Assembly: GCA_040901675.1 (NCBI GenBank)
Contig: JBBDYJ010000016.1
Location: forward strand, 1-64,000
DNA: 64,000 nt
Origin: Pirellulales bacterium
Lineage (GTDB): Bacteria; Planctomycetota; Planctomycetia; Pirellulales; JAICIG01
Reading direction: 5' to 3'
The notes beneath the pieces were generated by a model, which saw only the letters and a list, made by a program, of their open reading frames with translations, had not been told where the DNA came from and searched no databases. A program made the position numbers and the translations under genes. Shown in pieces: positions 31,867 through 41,842 of the stretch. Each line of letters begins with the position of its first letter. Positions within the stretch are counted from its first letter, which is position 1.

Positions 31867-32971
31867 CGCCGTAAGCCTCTCCATCCTGCGTGCTACTCCG
31901 AGCGAGATACGACGCCAAATGAGTGAAGTTCGGCAAGGCCAGCTTCCCATCCTCCCAAAGGTCCGGAATGTCATCGTCCGGCGCTTTCCATTTGCCGCGC
32001 ACTCCGCCAAGAATGGCCTCACCTCTTCCAACCACCTGTATGTTCGGCGTACTTGCGGCACGCTCGGCCAAGTCATCGCTGATACTGTCGTAGCTGAACA
32101 CAATGAATTCAGAACGTTCGCGGCGGAGCGCTGCGTCGAATAGCATCTCGTTCAAGTGCTCGTCTGCAAACGAGAAGCCTGATACGAGCACAATCGTTTC
32201 GGGCTGATGCAGAGCGCGCCTCAATCTGTCCTGCAGCACGAGGAACGGAACACGTCGTGACTCTTCATATTTGGTATCCGACGGGTAGATCGCGGCAGGG
32301 AGATCCTTCACGGGTTGGCCGATCCGCACGATTTGATCATGATCATCATCCGATCGCACCCAGTTCACCGATCCGTGGAGTTTCCACAGCCTGACAAACC
32401 GCGATGCCACGTACCCGCCTGGGTCTCCCAGTGGTGCCTCGACTAGGTCCGTTCGGAACCTCGCCCGCAGATTTCCGACGAAGCCATCGAAGTACGGCAC
32501 CCCGTGCCCCTCGAGTGCCGTTTCCAGGAGCAGATCGTAGTTGACGGTGAAGATTTCGACAGGATGGAGATAGTCGGCTCGTGCAGCCCACGCGGCCAAA
32601 TGACTCATCGGCGCGAGATTTGCAGCCCCGATATCAAGTGCGTCCACGATTGCTTGGCAGACACATTTGTCGAGGTCTTTTGCTTTAGTCGCGGTCAAAC
32701 CATCGACTGTGTCAGCGCCAGTGACCAGACCAGCGATGCGCCGCAGGCGGCTCAATACTTTCTCGATGTTGCGCCCATCGAGCAGACTCGTAAAGGCATT
32801 TAGCTCATCCCCAATCAACTTTGTCTGCACATGGTCTTCAAGACCCTTGACATCCGGGAGCCCACAGGCCTTCGCCGCGCCGGCACCGAGAAAGGCGCAG
32901 ACATGCCGGGATCGCGTCGCCAACTTGGCGCCCAAGGCGGTGGCAAACTCTTGCGGGTTGTGTGTGGCCAT
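31859..32971 (-). CDS. SIR2-like (SIR2_2) NADase of a Sir2-HerA defence pair
   Basis: FLGAGAA, FTVNYDLLLE, LWKLHGSVNW, GFSFADEHLN. Confidence 0.9.
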   Translation of the reverse strand: MATHNPQEFATALGAKLATRSRHVCAFLGAGAAKACGLPDVKGLEDHVQTKLIGDELNAFTSLLDGRNIEKVLSRLRRIAGLVTGADTVDGLTATKAKDLDKCVCQAIVDALDIGAANLAPMSHLAAWAARADYLHPVEIFTVNYDLLLETALEGHGVPYFDGFVGNLRARFRTDLVEAPLGDPGGYVASRFVRLWKLHGSVNWVRSDDDHDQIVRIGQPVKDLPAAIYPSDTKYEESRRVPFLVLQDRLRRALHQPETIVLVSGFSFADEHLNEMLFDAALRRERSEFIVFSYDSISDDLAERAASTPNIQVVGRGEAILGGVRGKWKAPDDDIPDLWEDGKLALPNFTHLASYLARSSTQDGEAYGDA

Positions 32972-33027
32972 CGTGCTGTGGAGCTCCCTTTCGCGTCCGG
33001 CAGGTGGACGGCATGATTTTTTGCCTA

Positions 33028-36000
33028 CTACCGAACCTCAAAGCCTTCCTTTACGCCCTTGAGAACCTCGTTCACTTGACCGGCAATGCCGCTCGGCGGT
33101 AGCTCTTGCCCGTCACCCAGCTCGAGCCGGACGGTGAACTGCATGGGCACGTTCGACCTGGCCTTCAGTTCCAGCAGCTTGGGGACCGCATCCGAGAGGT
33201 CCTGAATCTCAGATGGCTCAAAGGGCGCAACGGCGACAAGCTTCTTGCTGGCTTCCTGGCCACCGGGTTCGAATCCGCCGCCACCGCGGCCCGTGCCCGC
33301 CTTGGCGACGCCCAGGCGAACCGTTTTCGCCCCCGAAAACTCGCAGGGCCAGCTCCCCGAACCGTCGGCCAACTCGATGAATCGGGCTTGAATCGCCCCG
33401 TGGACAACGTCGCGAACGGTCTTCCAGGGGAGTGTCTTGCCGATCTTCTGCGAAAGGGCCGTGGCCACGGCCAGACAATTTGCCTCGTCGTTTTGCCAAG
33501 CGGCTGGCAGGTTCTCCGGCAAGATCTCAGCCGCGGGAATCACCGCCGGAGGCGCGGACAATCTGGCGGCCGGAGTCAGCACGCCGGCCGGGATCGGCTC
33601 GCCAAGAATGCTGGCCGGCCCGGACGTCAGCCAAAGCAACCCCGCCTCGACGGCCGCAGTGATCGCCTTGTCGACAACCTGCTCGCTAGCCATGGGGATG
33701 TGAACCGGCTCCCGGTAGCCGTCGCGCTCGACCTCGACAACCTTGCCGCTGCTGAAGTAATCGACGACCGCCTGCGCTGTGATCTCGTCGCCGGGCCACA
33801 ACTCCGGCAGCTTGCCCGGGGCGAGCAAGTGGGGCGCAATGTCCGCCAGCTCGGCACCTTCCGGCAACACCAGCTCCAGCGCGGGATCCTCGAGCGCAGT
33901 TTCATCGGGCCGGCAACCCCACCAGGTGCGAGACGAACCGTCGGGCCTTGTCAGACGCAGGACGAAGGCGCCCCGCTCGCAGCCTTCGACCAGCGTGTCG
34001 ATGATGGCGTCGGCCTTCAGCATCTTCGGCAGGTGCGGCAACTGCGCGAACGCGCCGGCCAGGTCTTTCACGCGCCGGCTCTTCTCCTCCTTCCAGAAGT
34101 CGTAGGGGCCGCCGGGCAGCAGCGCTTCGGCGGTAATGGCGGAATCCTGAATCCGCGCCCGCTTGTCGCCCTTGATCGTGGTGAAGTGCGCCTCGTCGGC
34201 GATGCTGAGCTTGAACGCCTGCACCTCGTTCTTGTCCGAGACGGTCACCACGGTGGTATACGCCTGGCGGATCGCCTCGGGAATTCGGCTTTTCGCCTTC
34301 TCGATGTTGATCAGAAGGGTCTGCATGCGGGCCGCGTCGATGCTGCCCCCCTGTTCTTGCTTCTTCAGCTCGTCGCGCACGGCGTCCCAGGCGAGGTAGT
34401 CGCGAATGCGGGCCTCACAGACATCCAGCCCGTCTCGCGAGGGACAAAGCAAGAGGACCGCATTGCGATAAACGCGGGGATTGTCGGGACCGGTGTTCTC
34501 GTCCAGAAATCTGCGGGCCTCGGCGCTCGGTTTTCCCGAGTCGCACGCGGCACTTTGTCCCAGGACCGCGTACCGGAAGGCGCCATCGTCCTTGACGTCG
34601 CTGGGCTTGACCGGCAACGTGTGGACCAACACGCCCGCCGCTGAGGCGCCGGCGGTCAGCTTCTTGGCCCTGCCAATCTCGTCGATCAGGCGAGCACGAA
34701 CGACCTCGTCCGAAATGCTCCGCGCGGCGACCGCGTGCATCTGGTTCAGGTTGGGACGATTGCCCAGCCGCCAGGTGCCCGGCAAGCGCTCCCCCTCGGC
34801 GGCATACAGATCATCGAGCCAGTGGCTCACCTGGCACCAGCGCTGGAGCCCCTTTTCCAGCTCGATTTTGTCGGGCCGTGTCGCCCCGACCAACACCGTC
34901 AGGTCGCGGGTGCGGGCGCTCTGCCCAACCGGCTGCGAATGCAAAAAGGTCGCCACGACCGACTGCTCGATCTCGCGGAACTTGAGACCGACGGAATCCT
35001 TCTGGATTTCGCGCGCCCGGTCTAACTCGCCCACCAGGATCGGCGTCCAGGCAGTCTTGCGGCCCTCGTGCTCCTCGGTGTCGGCGACAGTTATCAACTC
35101 GCGCAAGGCCTCAGAGACATCCTGGCGATCGGCCGCGCCCAGCAAGACGCCTGGGCCCACCAGCGGACAATCGTCCCAGTTGGCCGCCTCGCGCAAGGCC
35201 AGCGCAAAGGTGCGCAGCACGCCACGGGTACGCTGGAAGCCGTGCATGGCGGTCCATTTGCTGTAGAGCACTTCCGTCAGGTCGGGATGGAATGGATAGC
35301 TTCTGAGGAAGCGGTCTTCGGCCGCCGAGCCGGACTTGGCGGTTTGTTCGTCGATGCCCTGAATTCCTTTGAGGGCCGCTATCACGTGCTGGCGGAATGC
35401 TCCCGGGTCGCGGATCGACTCAGGCTTGAAAAAGCGCCGCCGCAACACCTCGGCCACGTCTTCCTTGACGACGGGCTCGACGCCTTCTTCTTTCTCGCGG
35501 CGAAAGACGTCGTAAAAGTCGCTCAGCAGCGACCGACCCAATTGGTCGCCGGCCTTGCGTGGATCGGTGGCCAGCAGCGAAGCGACCATGCAGCAGCGAG
35601 GCACCTTGGTCGCCGCCTGCGTCAGGCACTGAAAGAAGTTCATGAGCCGATCGCGCCACGCCGCCTCCTGGATCACCTTCTCCTTGACATACATCAGCAC
35701 TTCGTCCATCAGCACCAGCACGGCGAGCCCTTCCTTGGCCGGCAATTCGAGCAGGTCGGTCAGCGTGTTCTCGGCCGGGGAGGTCTCGCGTTCCTCGGCC
35801 TTGCCGTCGGCGTGCAAAAGCTTGAGCCCATCGTCGCCGGCAATCTGGTAGGCGAGCACGCTCCAGGGGTGCTTGAGGCGCCGCGTCTTGGCCGGCTGCC
35901 CAGGTAGGGCGGGGGCGCGGACGTCCATACCCTTTTCCACGTCGAGCTTGTCGAAGCACAACCCGGCGACGCGGGCCTTGGGAGGTTTTTGGCCGATGGC

Positions 36001-36360
36001 ATGGGCGAATTCGTGGACGGCCGGCAGGTCAGGCAGGTTGCCGGGGTCGTGAACCAGGTGCAAAAGGGTGATGAGCGTGTGCGTCTTGCCGCCACCGTAC
36101 GTCAGCTCGAGCTGGCGGACCGCCTTGTCGTTCCTGTTGGCCAGCCGCAGGGCCACGTCGCGGACGAGATTGCGCAGGTTGTGCGTTGGGAAGGTGAGGC
36201 TGAAGAAGCTGCGCGGGTCCTCGTAGACGGGCTGCTTGCCGCGGCCCATGAGCACCTCGTAGAGGTCGGCCGCGAACATGGTGAGCGAAAGGTCGCCCGA
36301 CTTCAGGTCGTCGCGGAGGGCGACGACCCGGTGCCAGGGGGTCCAGGGGAGTTTTGCCAT
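33028..36360 (-). CDS. DUF499-type AAA+ ATPase (BrxC-related)
   Basis: PWHRVVALRDDL..G...FAADL, YGGGKTHT, LVLMDE, SYPFHP, FQRTRGVLR; 1110 aa. Confidence 0.88.
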   Translation of the reverse strand: MAKLPWTPWHRVVALRDDLKSGDLSLTMFAADLYEVLMGRGKQPVYEDPRSFFSLTFPTHNLRNLVRDVALRLANRNDKAVRQLELTYGGGKTHTLITLLHLVHDPGNLPDLPAVHEFAHAIGQKPPKARVAGLCFDKLDVEKGMDVRAPALPGQPAKTRRLKHPWSVLAYQIAGDDGLKLLHADGKAEERETSPAENTLTDLLELPAKEGLAVLVLMDEVLMYVKEKVIQEAAWRDRLMNFFQCLTQAATKVPRCCMVASLLATDPRKAGDQLGRSLLSDFYDVFRREKEEGVEPVVKEDVAEVLRRRFFKPESIRDPGAFRQHVIAALKGIQGIDEQTAKSGSAAEDRFLRSYPFHPDLTEVLYSKWTAMHGFQRTRGVLRTFALALREAANWDDCPLVGPGVLLGAADRQDVSEALRELITVADTEEHEGRKTAWTPILVGELDRAREIQKDSVGLKFREIEQSVVATFLHSQPVGQSARTRDLTVLVGATRPDKIELEKGLQRWCQVSHWLDDLYAAEGERLPGTWRLGNRPNLNQMHAVAARSISDEVVRARLIDEIGRAKKLTAGASAAGVLVHTLPVKPSDVKDDGAFRYAVLGQSAACDSGKPSAEARRFLDENTGPDNPRVYRNAVLLLCPSRDGLDVCEARIRDYLAWDAVRDELKKQEQGGSIDAARMQTLLINIEKAKSRIPEAIRQAYTTVVTVSDKNEVQAFKLSIADEAHFTTIKGDKRARIQDSAITAEALLPGGPYDFWKEEKSRRVKDLAGAFAQLPHLPKMLKADAIIDTLVEGCERGAFVLRLTRPDGSSRTWWGCRPDETALEDPALELVLPEGAELADIAPHLLAPGKLPELWPGDEITAQAVVDYFSSGKVVEVERDGYREPVHIPMASEQVVDKAITAAVEAGLLWLTSGPASILGEPIPAGVLTPAARLSAPPAVIPAAEILPENLPAAWQNDEANCLAVATALSQKIGKTLPWKTVRDVVHGAIQARFIELADGSGSWPCEFSGAKTVRLGVAKAGTGRGGGGFEPGGQEASKKLVAVAPFEPSEIQDLSDAVPKLLELKARSNVPMQFTVRLELGDGQELPPSGIAGQVNEVLKGVKEGFEVR

Positions 36361-36366
36361 CGTACT

Positions 36367-37572
36367 TTATCCTTCCCGTTTTTTCCCGATCGCGCGTATC
36401 TCCAGCGCGCGTTTGGTTTCCAGAATCTCGCGGCGCAACGTCTCGGGATCGGGCAACTGCGTCAGATATTTTGAGGCGAACACGCGGGCGTTGATGCCAC
36501 CCAGGGCATACTCGACCACGGCGTCGTCCTTGTCGCTGCACAGAATGATGCCAACCGGATCGGCTTCGTCCGCCAAAGTGAGATGCTCTTTGACGTAGGC
36601 CAGGTACAGCGCCATCTGCCCGGCATCGGCGTGCGTGAAGCTGCCCAGCTTGAGGTCGAGCACGATCAGGCACCGCAGCCCGCGATGGTAAAGCAGCAGG
36701 TCGATGCGATACCATGTGTTCCCGACGCGAATACGTTTCTGCCGCGCGACGAACGTGAATCCCGCCCCCAGTTCGAGCAGAAACGCCTCTAGGTGCCGGA
36801 TCAGCGCCTCTTCCAACTCGGCTTCGCTGTATTCGTCCTTCAGGTTGAGGAATTCGAGAAGATAGGGATCACGCACCTCATCCTGGACGGAAACTGCGTC
36901 CTCCGGCTTGGGCTTTTGGCCGCGAGCGAGCATCGCCGCTTGTTGTTTCGAGTGGGATGTCCGCTCGAAGAATTGGGTGCTGATCTGCCGGTCGAGTTGC
37001 CGCACCGACCAGCCACCGCGAATCGACTCGGATTCGTAGAACGCGCGGGCGTGCGGTTTTTCGACCGCCATCAGCCGCACGTAGTGCGACCAGGACAGCG
37101 GAAATACGGTCAGCAGATGAGAGCCGAAATTGGCAGACGGTGTCTGCACAATCTGCAATATTCCAGACGGCGACTGGAGAATCTCGTCCCCCTGATCGAG
37201 CGATTCAACGTCCAACTTGGTTCGGGCTTCCAATTTGGCAGACGGTGTCTGCCAAATCTCCCAACCCCAGTAAAAGGTGCGCATCTGACGGAGGTTTCGG
37301 GCCGAAAACCCTCGCCCGAACTGTGTCGTCAAGTCGGCGGCCAGCCGCTTTAGCAGTCCTGCCCCGTATTCCGCCCGCGCTGTGCCCTCTTGTTCGAACT
37401 CGACTATCCGCTGGCCAATCTCCCAGTAGGTGGCGGTCAGCACGCTATTCAGCGTGCGCGCCGCGGCGCGGCGCGATTGTTCGAGCAACTCTGAGATGCC
37501 GCCGACCAGCCCGTCGTATCCGATGGCGGTTAGCAGGACGATTCCAGTCTTGGGACGCCGTTTGGCCATCAC
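36367..37572 (-). CDS. YhcG/DUF1016-family PD-(D/E)xK nuclease
   Basis: YWEIGQRI, GRGFSARNL, LSWSHY, RDPYLLEFL, ELGAGFTFVARQ, IDLL..VLDLK, AGQMALY. Confidence 0.92.
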   Translation of the reverse strand: MMAKRRPKTGIVLLTAIGYDGLVGGISELLEQSRRAAARTLNSVLTATYWEIGQRIVEFEQEGTARAEYGAGLLKRLAADLTTQFGRGFSARNLRQMRTFYWGWEIWQTPSAKLEARTKLDVESLDQGDEILQSPSGILQIVQTPSANFGSHLLTVFPLSWSHYVRLMAVEKPHARAFYESESIRGGWSVRQLDRQISTQFFERTSHSKQQAAMLARGQKPKPEDAVSVQDEVRDPYLLEFLNLKDEYSEAELEEALIRHLEAFLLELGAGFTFVARQKRIRVGNTWYRIDLLLYHRGLRCLIVLDLKLGSFTHADAGQMALYLAYVKEHLTLADEADPVGIILCSDKDDAVVEYALGGINARVFASKYLTQLPDPETLRREILETKRALEIRAIGKKREG

Positions 37573-40500
37573 TCAGCCTCGCTTTCCGCCGTCTCGGCCA
37601 TTTGGGAAAACGCGCCCTGCGGGTCCTTGCGCTTCGCGCCCTTGGCCCCGATGTGGTTGCTGAGGCTTTCCAGCAGCGAGCGCTCCTCGCTGCCCGCCTT
37701 GGCGAGCTCGATGAGGGATTGCAGCACGCGGCGGAAGAGCTCGTGCCGCCGCAGGCCGTGTTCGTCGAGATACTCGTCCACCTTATGTAGATCGCCCCCC
37801 TTCCAGAGGTGCATCAGGCGGTGGATGCGGTCGATCAGCGGGATCGGCCGGCCGCCGGGGGCCTCGATGCCCAACGAGCGGCCGCGACGGTGGTTCCACG
37901 ACTTGAGCTTGACCTTGCTGCCGGAACCGGTCTCCTCGGCCGGCTCGTCGTCGCCGTCCGTGTCGTCGGTCTCGGCGTCTTCGTCCAGGGCACCGTCGCC
38001 GCCGGTCTTGACCAGCAGGTCCCAGTCTCGACCAAGCTCCTGGTCCGACAGGCCGCACGCGGTTGCGTACAGGATGCACGCACCGACCGGGGCATCCTCC
38101 AAGCCGAAATCATTTCGATGGAGCAGGTAATAGGCAGTGGGTTCGTCGAGCCTGTCCACCGCCGGCTCGTCAACGCCATCGCCGTCGTGAAGGATTTCGG
38201 CGTGAGCGCCTTGGGCCCGCGAGAGCACTCGGCCGACCACGAAATCGACGACCATCCGGCGGGCGTGGTTGAGGAATTCGGTGACCGAGAGAGTGGAGTT
38301 GGGCTCGTCGGCCATCTTCACGACGGGGTGCTTGCTGTACGCCTCCAGCGCCGGCCCCGTCGCCGCCCAAACGAAGTCGGGGCCGCGAATGCCCGCGTCC
38401 CAGAACTCGCGGAGCCGCCGGCCGATGTTCGCCCGCATGTCCTCGAGAACCTTGTTGTCCCAACCGGCTCGAACGCCGATGGGGCGTTTCTTGCAGACGA
38501 GCCAAACGGAGGACGCGAGGGCGGCCGATGACTGTGCCCGCATCCGACCGGCCTGCTCTGTTTGTATGGGCCAGCTTCCATCCACAACGAAACCCGCGCG
38601 GATCACTGCGGAAACTAGCGTCTCCCAGGCATCTGGTTGCTTGTTCGCGAACACAACCACCATCCGTCCTTCAGCGGTCAGAGCAGCACAACACCGCTCA
38701 AACACGCACGCCATTCCCGCCTCATATGCACGCTTCGAAGCAGACGCATCGCCACCGTGACGACAGGCGTCGTCGATCAACTCCCCATCGTTCCGCTCAT
38801 TATCCCATTTGGGCGAAAGGATGTTCCTAAAGGCGAGGTGGATGTTGGCAGAAAGGTCTCCCACAAGGCGACGCAGCCAAATGTAAAAGAAGTCCATTAG
38901 ATCGGAGTAAGGAATGGCATCGTAGTATGGTGGGTCGGTGATCACGACATCGTATTCGCCAAGAGCAGGGACCTGCGATGCTGATGAGCTCCGGATTGTA
39001 ACGGGTTCGGATCGCTCGATCCGCAGCCCCACATCCAAGGCTGACGCGATTCGTTCACAACATAACAAGTACGACCCCGCCGCTGCTCCTGTGGGTTCGG
39101 GTTCTGCGAAATCCCATAAGACGGGGAGCGCAAAGCGCGCAAACGCATCGACGACCGCCTCTGCATCAACTTTCCATCTAACATTGCTGCACGTAAACAT
39201 CAGCAATCGATCAAATGCCAACGCTAAGTGTGAGACAATCGCTTCCGCCCATTCTCCTGACGTGCTACCAATTAGAGAACTGGAACGTACATCACGAGTT
39301 GCCTTCAGGAACGTTCCCAATGCGACAAGTTGACGCGACGTGAAGAGTTGGCGCCAGTTCATCAAACCGTAATTCTGAACTGAAAACGCTCGGCCAGCAC
39401 CGCTACCGCCACCCTTTGGCGTTGGTTCCTGTGGCATACCCCAGGGGACAGCGCAATAGATATTGGCGATCTCGTCGTTGGCAGCGGCGGTTTGTGCCAA
39501 TTCATATTCGCTGGGCATTCGATAGCTCTTACCGTCAGCAGTATCGACCACTGTGGCTGTAGCCATCGTCCCAAGTCTGCCCGATCTACCTTCCACACGA
39601 ATATCTTCCATCCTCATTATCGTTCCGCAGCACGGGCACTTGGCGCCCGCACGCGACATGGTGCCAACCCCAATCCGTTTGTCGTGTTCGCGCTTCCGGG
39701 CGGCGTTCCCGCCGTGCGACGGCACGCCAGTCTGAATACCAAAATTAATTCCCGTCTTTTGAGCATTGGAATCCATCGTCAGGAGCACGCGCTTGCGATC
39801 CTTCTTGCAGAGCCAGCGTGTCTTCAAAAGCGGGATCGTCGCGCGACAGTTTTTGCAGGTGACCGTCCGTGCCCAGAGGTAGGCTACCGTGGGCTTGGCG
39901 ACCCAGCGCGGATTCCCTTTGACCGCCAGGTACTCGGCGCTGAACTCGCCGTTGAGAGAGTCGATATCGGGCGTGCCGTCATCCTTGATCGGCACCAGCC
40001 GCATTGGTTGCTGCTCATAGGAGGTCTGGTCCTTGGCCAGCGGTTCAAAGTCGGCATAGACGGGATAGAACGGGGCCAGTTCCTTGCGCGCCGCGTCCAG
40101 CACCCACTGGCCCCAAGCACGCACGTGCCAGGCCAGGTCGGCCTCGATGCCATGCCCGCCCAGGTCCATGCCGGGCAAGCTCGGCTTGTCGTCGGCGTGG
40201 CCGACGTTCTCGAGCTCCCGGCGAATCTGGGCCTTGCCCAGGCCCTGAGCCTTGAAGAACGCTTCCATGAAGGGACGGTTCTTCAGAATGAATCCCGGCA
40301 GCGGCCGTTTTTGGCCGGCCAGCTTTTGCGGATACTCCAGGGTGCACTTGAGGATGAACCAGGCGACCGGGTTGATGTCGATGGCCGTCGCCTCGCAGCC
40401 CAGCCGCATGGCCTCCAGCGGAATCGCGCCGCCGCCGGCGAACGGGTCGAGCACCTTGGGAGCGCGCCCGCCATACGCGTTGCGTATCTCCTTGCGGAAC

Positions 40501-40850
40501 CATTCGAGCGTCTCGGCGTTCTCGGTTTCCCTTCCCCAGTGCAGGATGCCCCCCTCGGTCTCTTCCTTTTCGCGCTCGACCGTCTGCCCGCCGGGCAACT
40601 TCTTCTTCTCGATCCTTTTGACCACCTTGCCGGCGATCTTCTCGCAGAGTTCCTGCCGCCCTTCCGGGGTACCCGGATCGGGCAAGAGCGTGGCGATCAG
40701 CGCCGCGCGGCAGGCCGCCAAGGGCCGCCGCGCCGGCCAGATGTGCAGCGTGGAGATGTGCCCGTGCCGGACGTTCTTCTCATGGACGCTGTCCAGCGAG
40801 GTTTGCTTGAGCGGGAAGGCGAATTCAATGAGTCGGGGTTGATCCGTCAT
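37569..40850 (-). CDS. DUF1156-type Zn-ribbon adenine DNA methyltransferase
   Basis: TLHIWPARRPLAACRA, LDPFAGGGAIP, YLWART.TCKNC...CPCC, TDPPYYDAIPY. Confidence 0.9.
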   Translation of the reverse strand: MTDQPRLIEFAFPLKQTSLDSVHEKNVRHGHISTLHIWPARRPLAACRAALIATLLPDPGTPEGRQELCEKIAGKVVKRIEKKKLPGGQTVEREKEETEGGILHWGRETENAETLEWFRKEIRNAYGGRAPKVLDPFAGGGAIPLEAMRLGCEATAIDINPVAWFILKCTLEYPQKLAGQKRPLPGFILKNRPFMEAFFKAQGLGKAQIRRELENVGHADDKPSLPGMDLGGHGIEADLAWHVRAWGQWVLDAARKELAPFYPVYADFEPLAKDQTSYEQQPMRLVPIKDDGTPDIDSLNGEFSAEYLAVKGNPRWVAKPTVAYLWARTVTCKNCRATIPLLKTRWLCKKDRKRVLLTMDSNAQKTGINFGIQTGVPSHGGNAARKREHDKRIGVGTMSRAGAKCPCCGTIMRMEDIRVEGRSGRLGTMATATVVDTADGKSYRMPSEYELAQTAAANDEIANIYCAVPWGMPQEPTPKGGGSGAGRAFSVQNYGLMNWRQLFTSRQLVALGTFLKATRDVRSSSLIGSTSGEWAEAIVSHLALAFDRLLMFTCSNVRWKVDAEAVVDAFARFALPVLWDFAEPEPTGAAAGSYLLCCERIASALDVGLRIERSEPVTIRSSSASQVPALGEYDVVITDPPYYDAIPYSDLMDFFYIWLRRLVGDLSANIHLAFRNILSPKWDNERNDGELIDDACRHGGDASASKRAYEAGMACVFERCCAALTAEGRMVVVFANKQPDAWETLVSAVIRAGFVVDGSWPIQTEQAGRMRAQSSAALASSVWLVCKKRPIGVRAGWDNKVLEDMRANIGRRLREFWDAGIRGPDFVWAATGPALEAYSKHPVVKMADEPNSTLSVTEFLNHARRMVVDFVVGRVLSRAQGAHAEILHDGDGVDEPAVDRLDEPTAYYLLHRNDFGLEDAPVGACILYATACGLSDQELGRDWDLLVKTGGDGALDEDAETDDTDGDDEPAEETGSGSKVKLKSWNHRRGRSLGIEAPGGRPIPLIDRIHRLMHLWKGGDLHKVDEYLDEHGLRRHELFRRVLQSLIELAKAGSEERSLLESLSNHIGAKGAKRKDPQGAFSQMAETAESEAE

Positions 40851-41842
40851 GGGAGTTGCAACTCGGCTCGATCGGCAATTTTCTTGGCGAGGACCTCAAA
40901 GTCGCGATAGGCGTCTCGGACTGCATACGTGTGGGCACCAAGCGCGCCATCGGCGGGTTTGAGAGCGAACATTGGCTTGCGTGCCTCCTGTGCCATGGGC
41001 ATCAAGCTGCGGTAATGCTTGAGAAGCGCGAAACAGTTCGGGTCATCGGCAATCTTCGGCACATGACTCGCCGTGGTGCCGAGGACGTAACGGACATAGG
41101 TCTCGGGGATGCGAGCGATCCACTTATCGTAGGACTTAACCGGCCGATCGCGCCGCACCGAGTGCTGCATCACGATATAGCCAGTCGGCTGCATGGCGCC
41201 ACTCGGCAGCACAAGCTGCGAGTCGGGATTCTTACGAGAACGCTCCGACCAGCCTCGCCGCCACTCGCGCAAGGTCGGTCCAAGGTTTCGCAGGCCTTGG
41301 AGCGAGAACAGATCGGGACCCAGCGGAATCACCACGTAGTCCGAGGCGATTAGCGCAGCTCGGTTAATCGCCCCTAGATTTGGGCCTAGGTCGATCAAAA
41401 TCACGTTGGCCTGATGGACCTCGGCGCCCTTTTGCAGGACTCGCCAAAAAGCCGAGATAACGCGAAACGCTCGCTCATCGCCATCCAGACACTTCGGCCA
41501 GACTTGGGAAAGGTCGTCTTCAAACTCGGAAAGCGCCATATCGCCAGGAATCAGAACCAGATTGTCCCTGATCGGTTCGAGCAAGGGATTGGCGATATCG
41601 CCCACACCGCGTTTCAAGGGGCGAATTGCACCGAATATCGTGTTGGGGTGCTGATTCTCTGGCCAGAGTTCCTCCAATTTGTCGTCATCCAGGAATGCGG
41701 CGGAGAGGTTTCCCTGTGGGTCCAGGTCGGCGGCGACGACGCGTAGGCCGAGATTCGCCATCATGCACGCCACGTGGTAGACAAGCGACGTCTTACCGAC
41801 GCCACCCTTGTTGTTGAAGAACGCGATCACCGCCGTGCTCAT
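40847..41842 (-). CDS. ParA/MinD-family ATPase without a ParB partner
   Basis: FNNKGGVGKT, DLDPQGNLS, IDLGPNLGAIN. Confidence 0.88.
   Translation of the reverse strand: MSTAVIAFFNNKGGVGKTSLVYHVACMMANLGLRVVAADLDPQGNLSAAFLDDDKLEELWPENQHPNTIFGAIRPLKRGVGDIANPLLEPIRDNLVLIPGDMALSEFEDDLSQVWPKCLDGDERAFRVISAFWRVLQKGAEVHQANVILIDLGPNLGAINRAALIASDYVVIPLGPDLFSLQGLRNLGPTLREWRRGWSERSRKNPDSQLVLPSGAMQPTGYIVMQHSVRRDRPVKSYDKWIARIPETYVRYVLGTTASHVPKIADDPNCFALLKHYRSLMPMAQEARKPMFALKPADGALGAHTYAVRDAYRDFEVLAKKIADRAELQLP

Noticed and set aside
40847..41842. Plasmid or chromosome partition system
   Set aside because: No ParB or centromere-like repeats; the gene is embedded in the defence operon.
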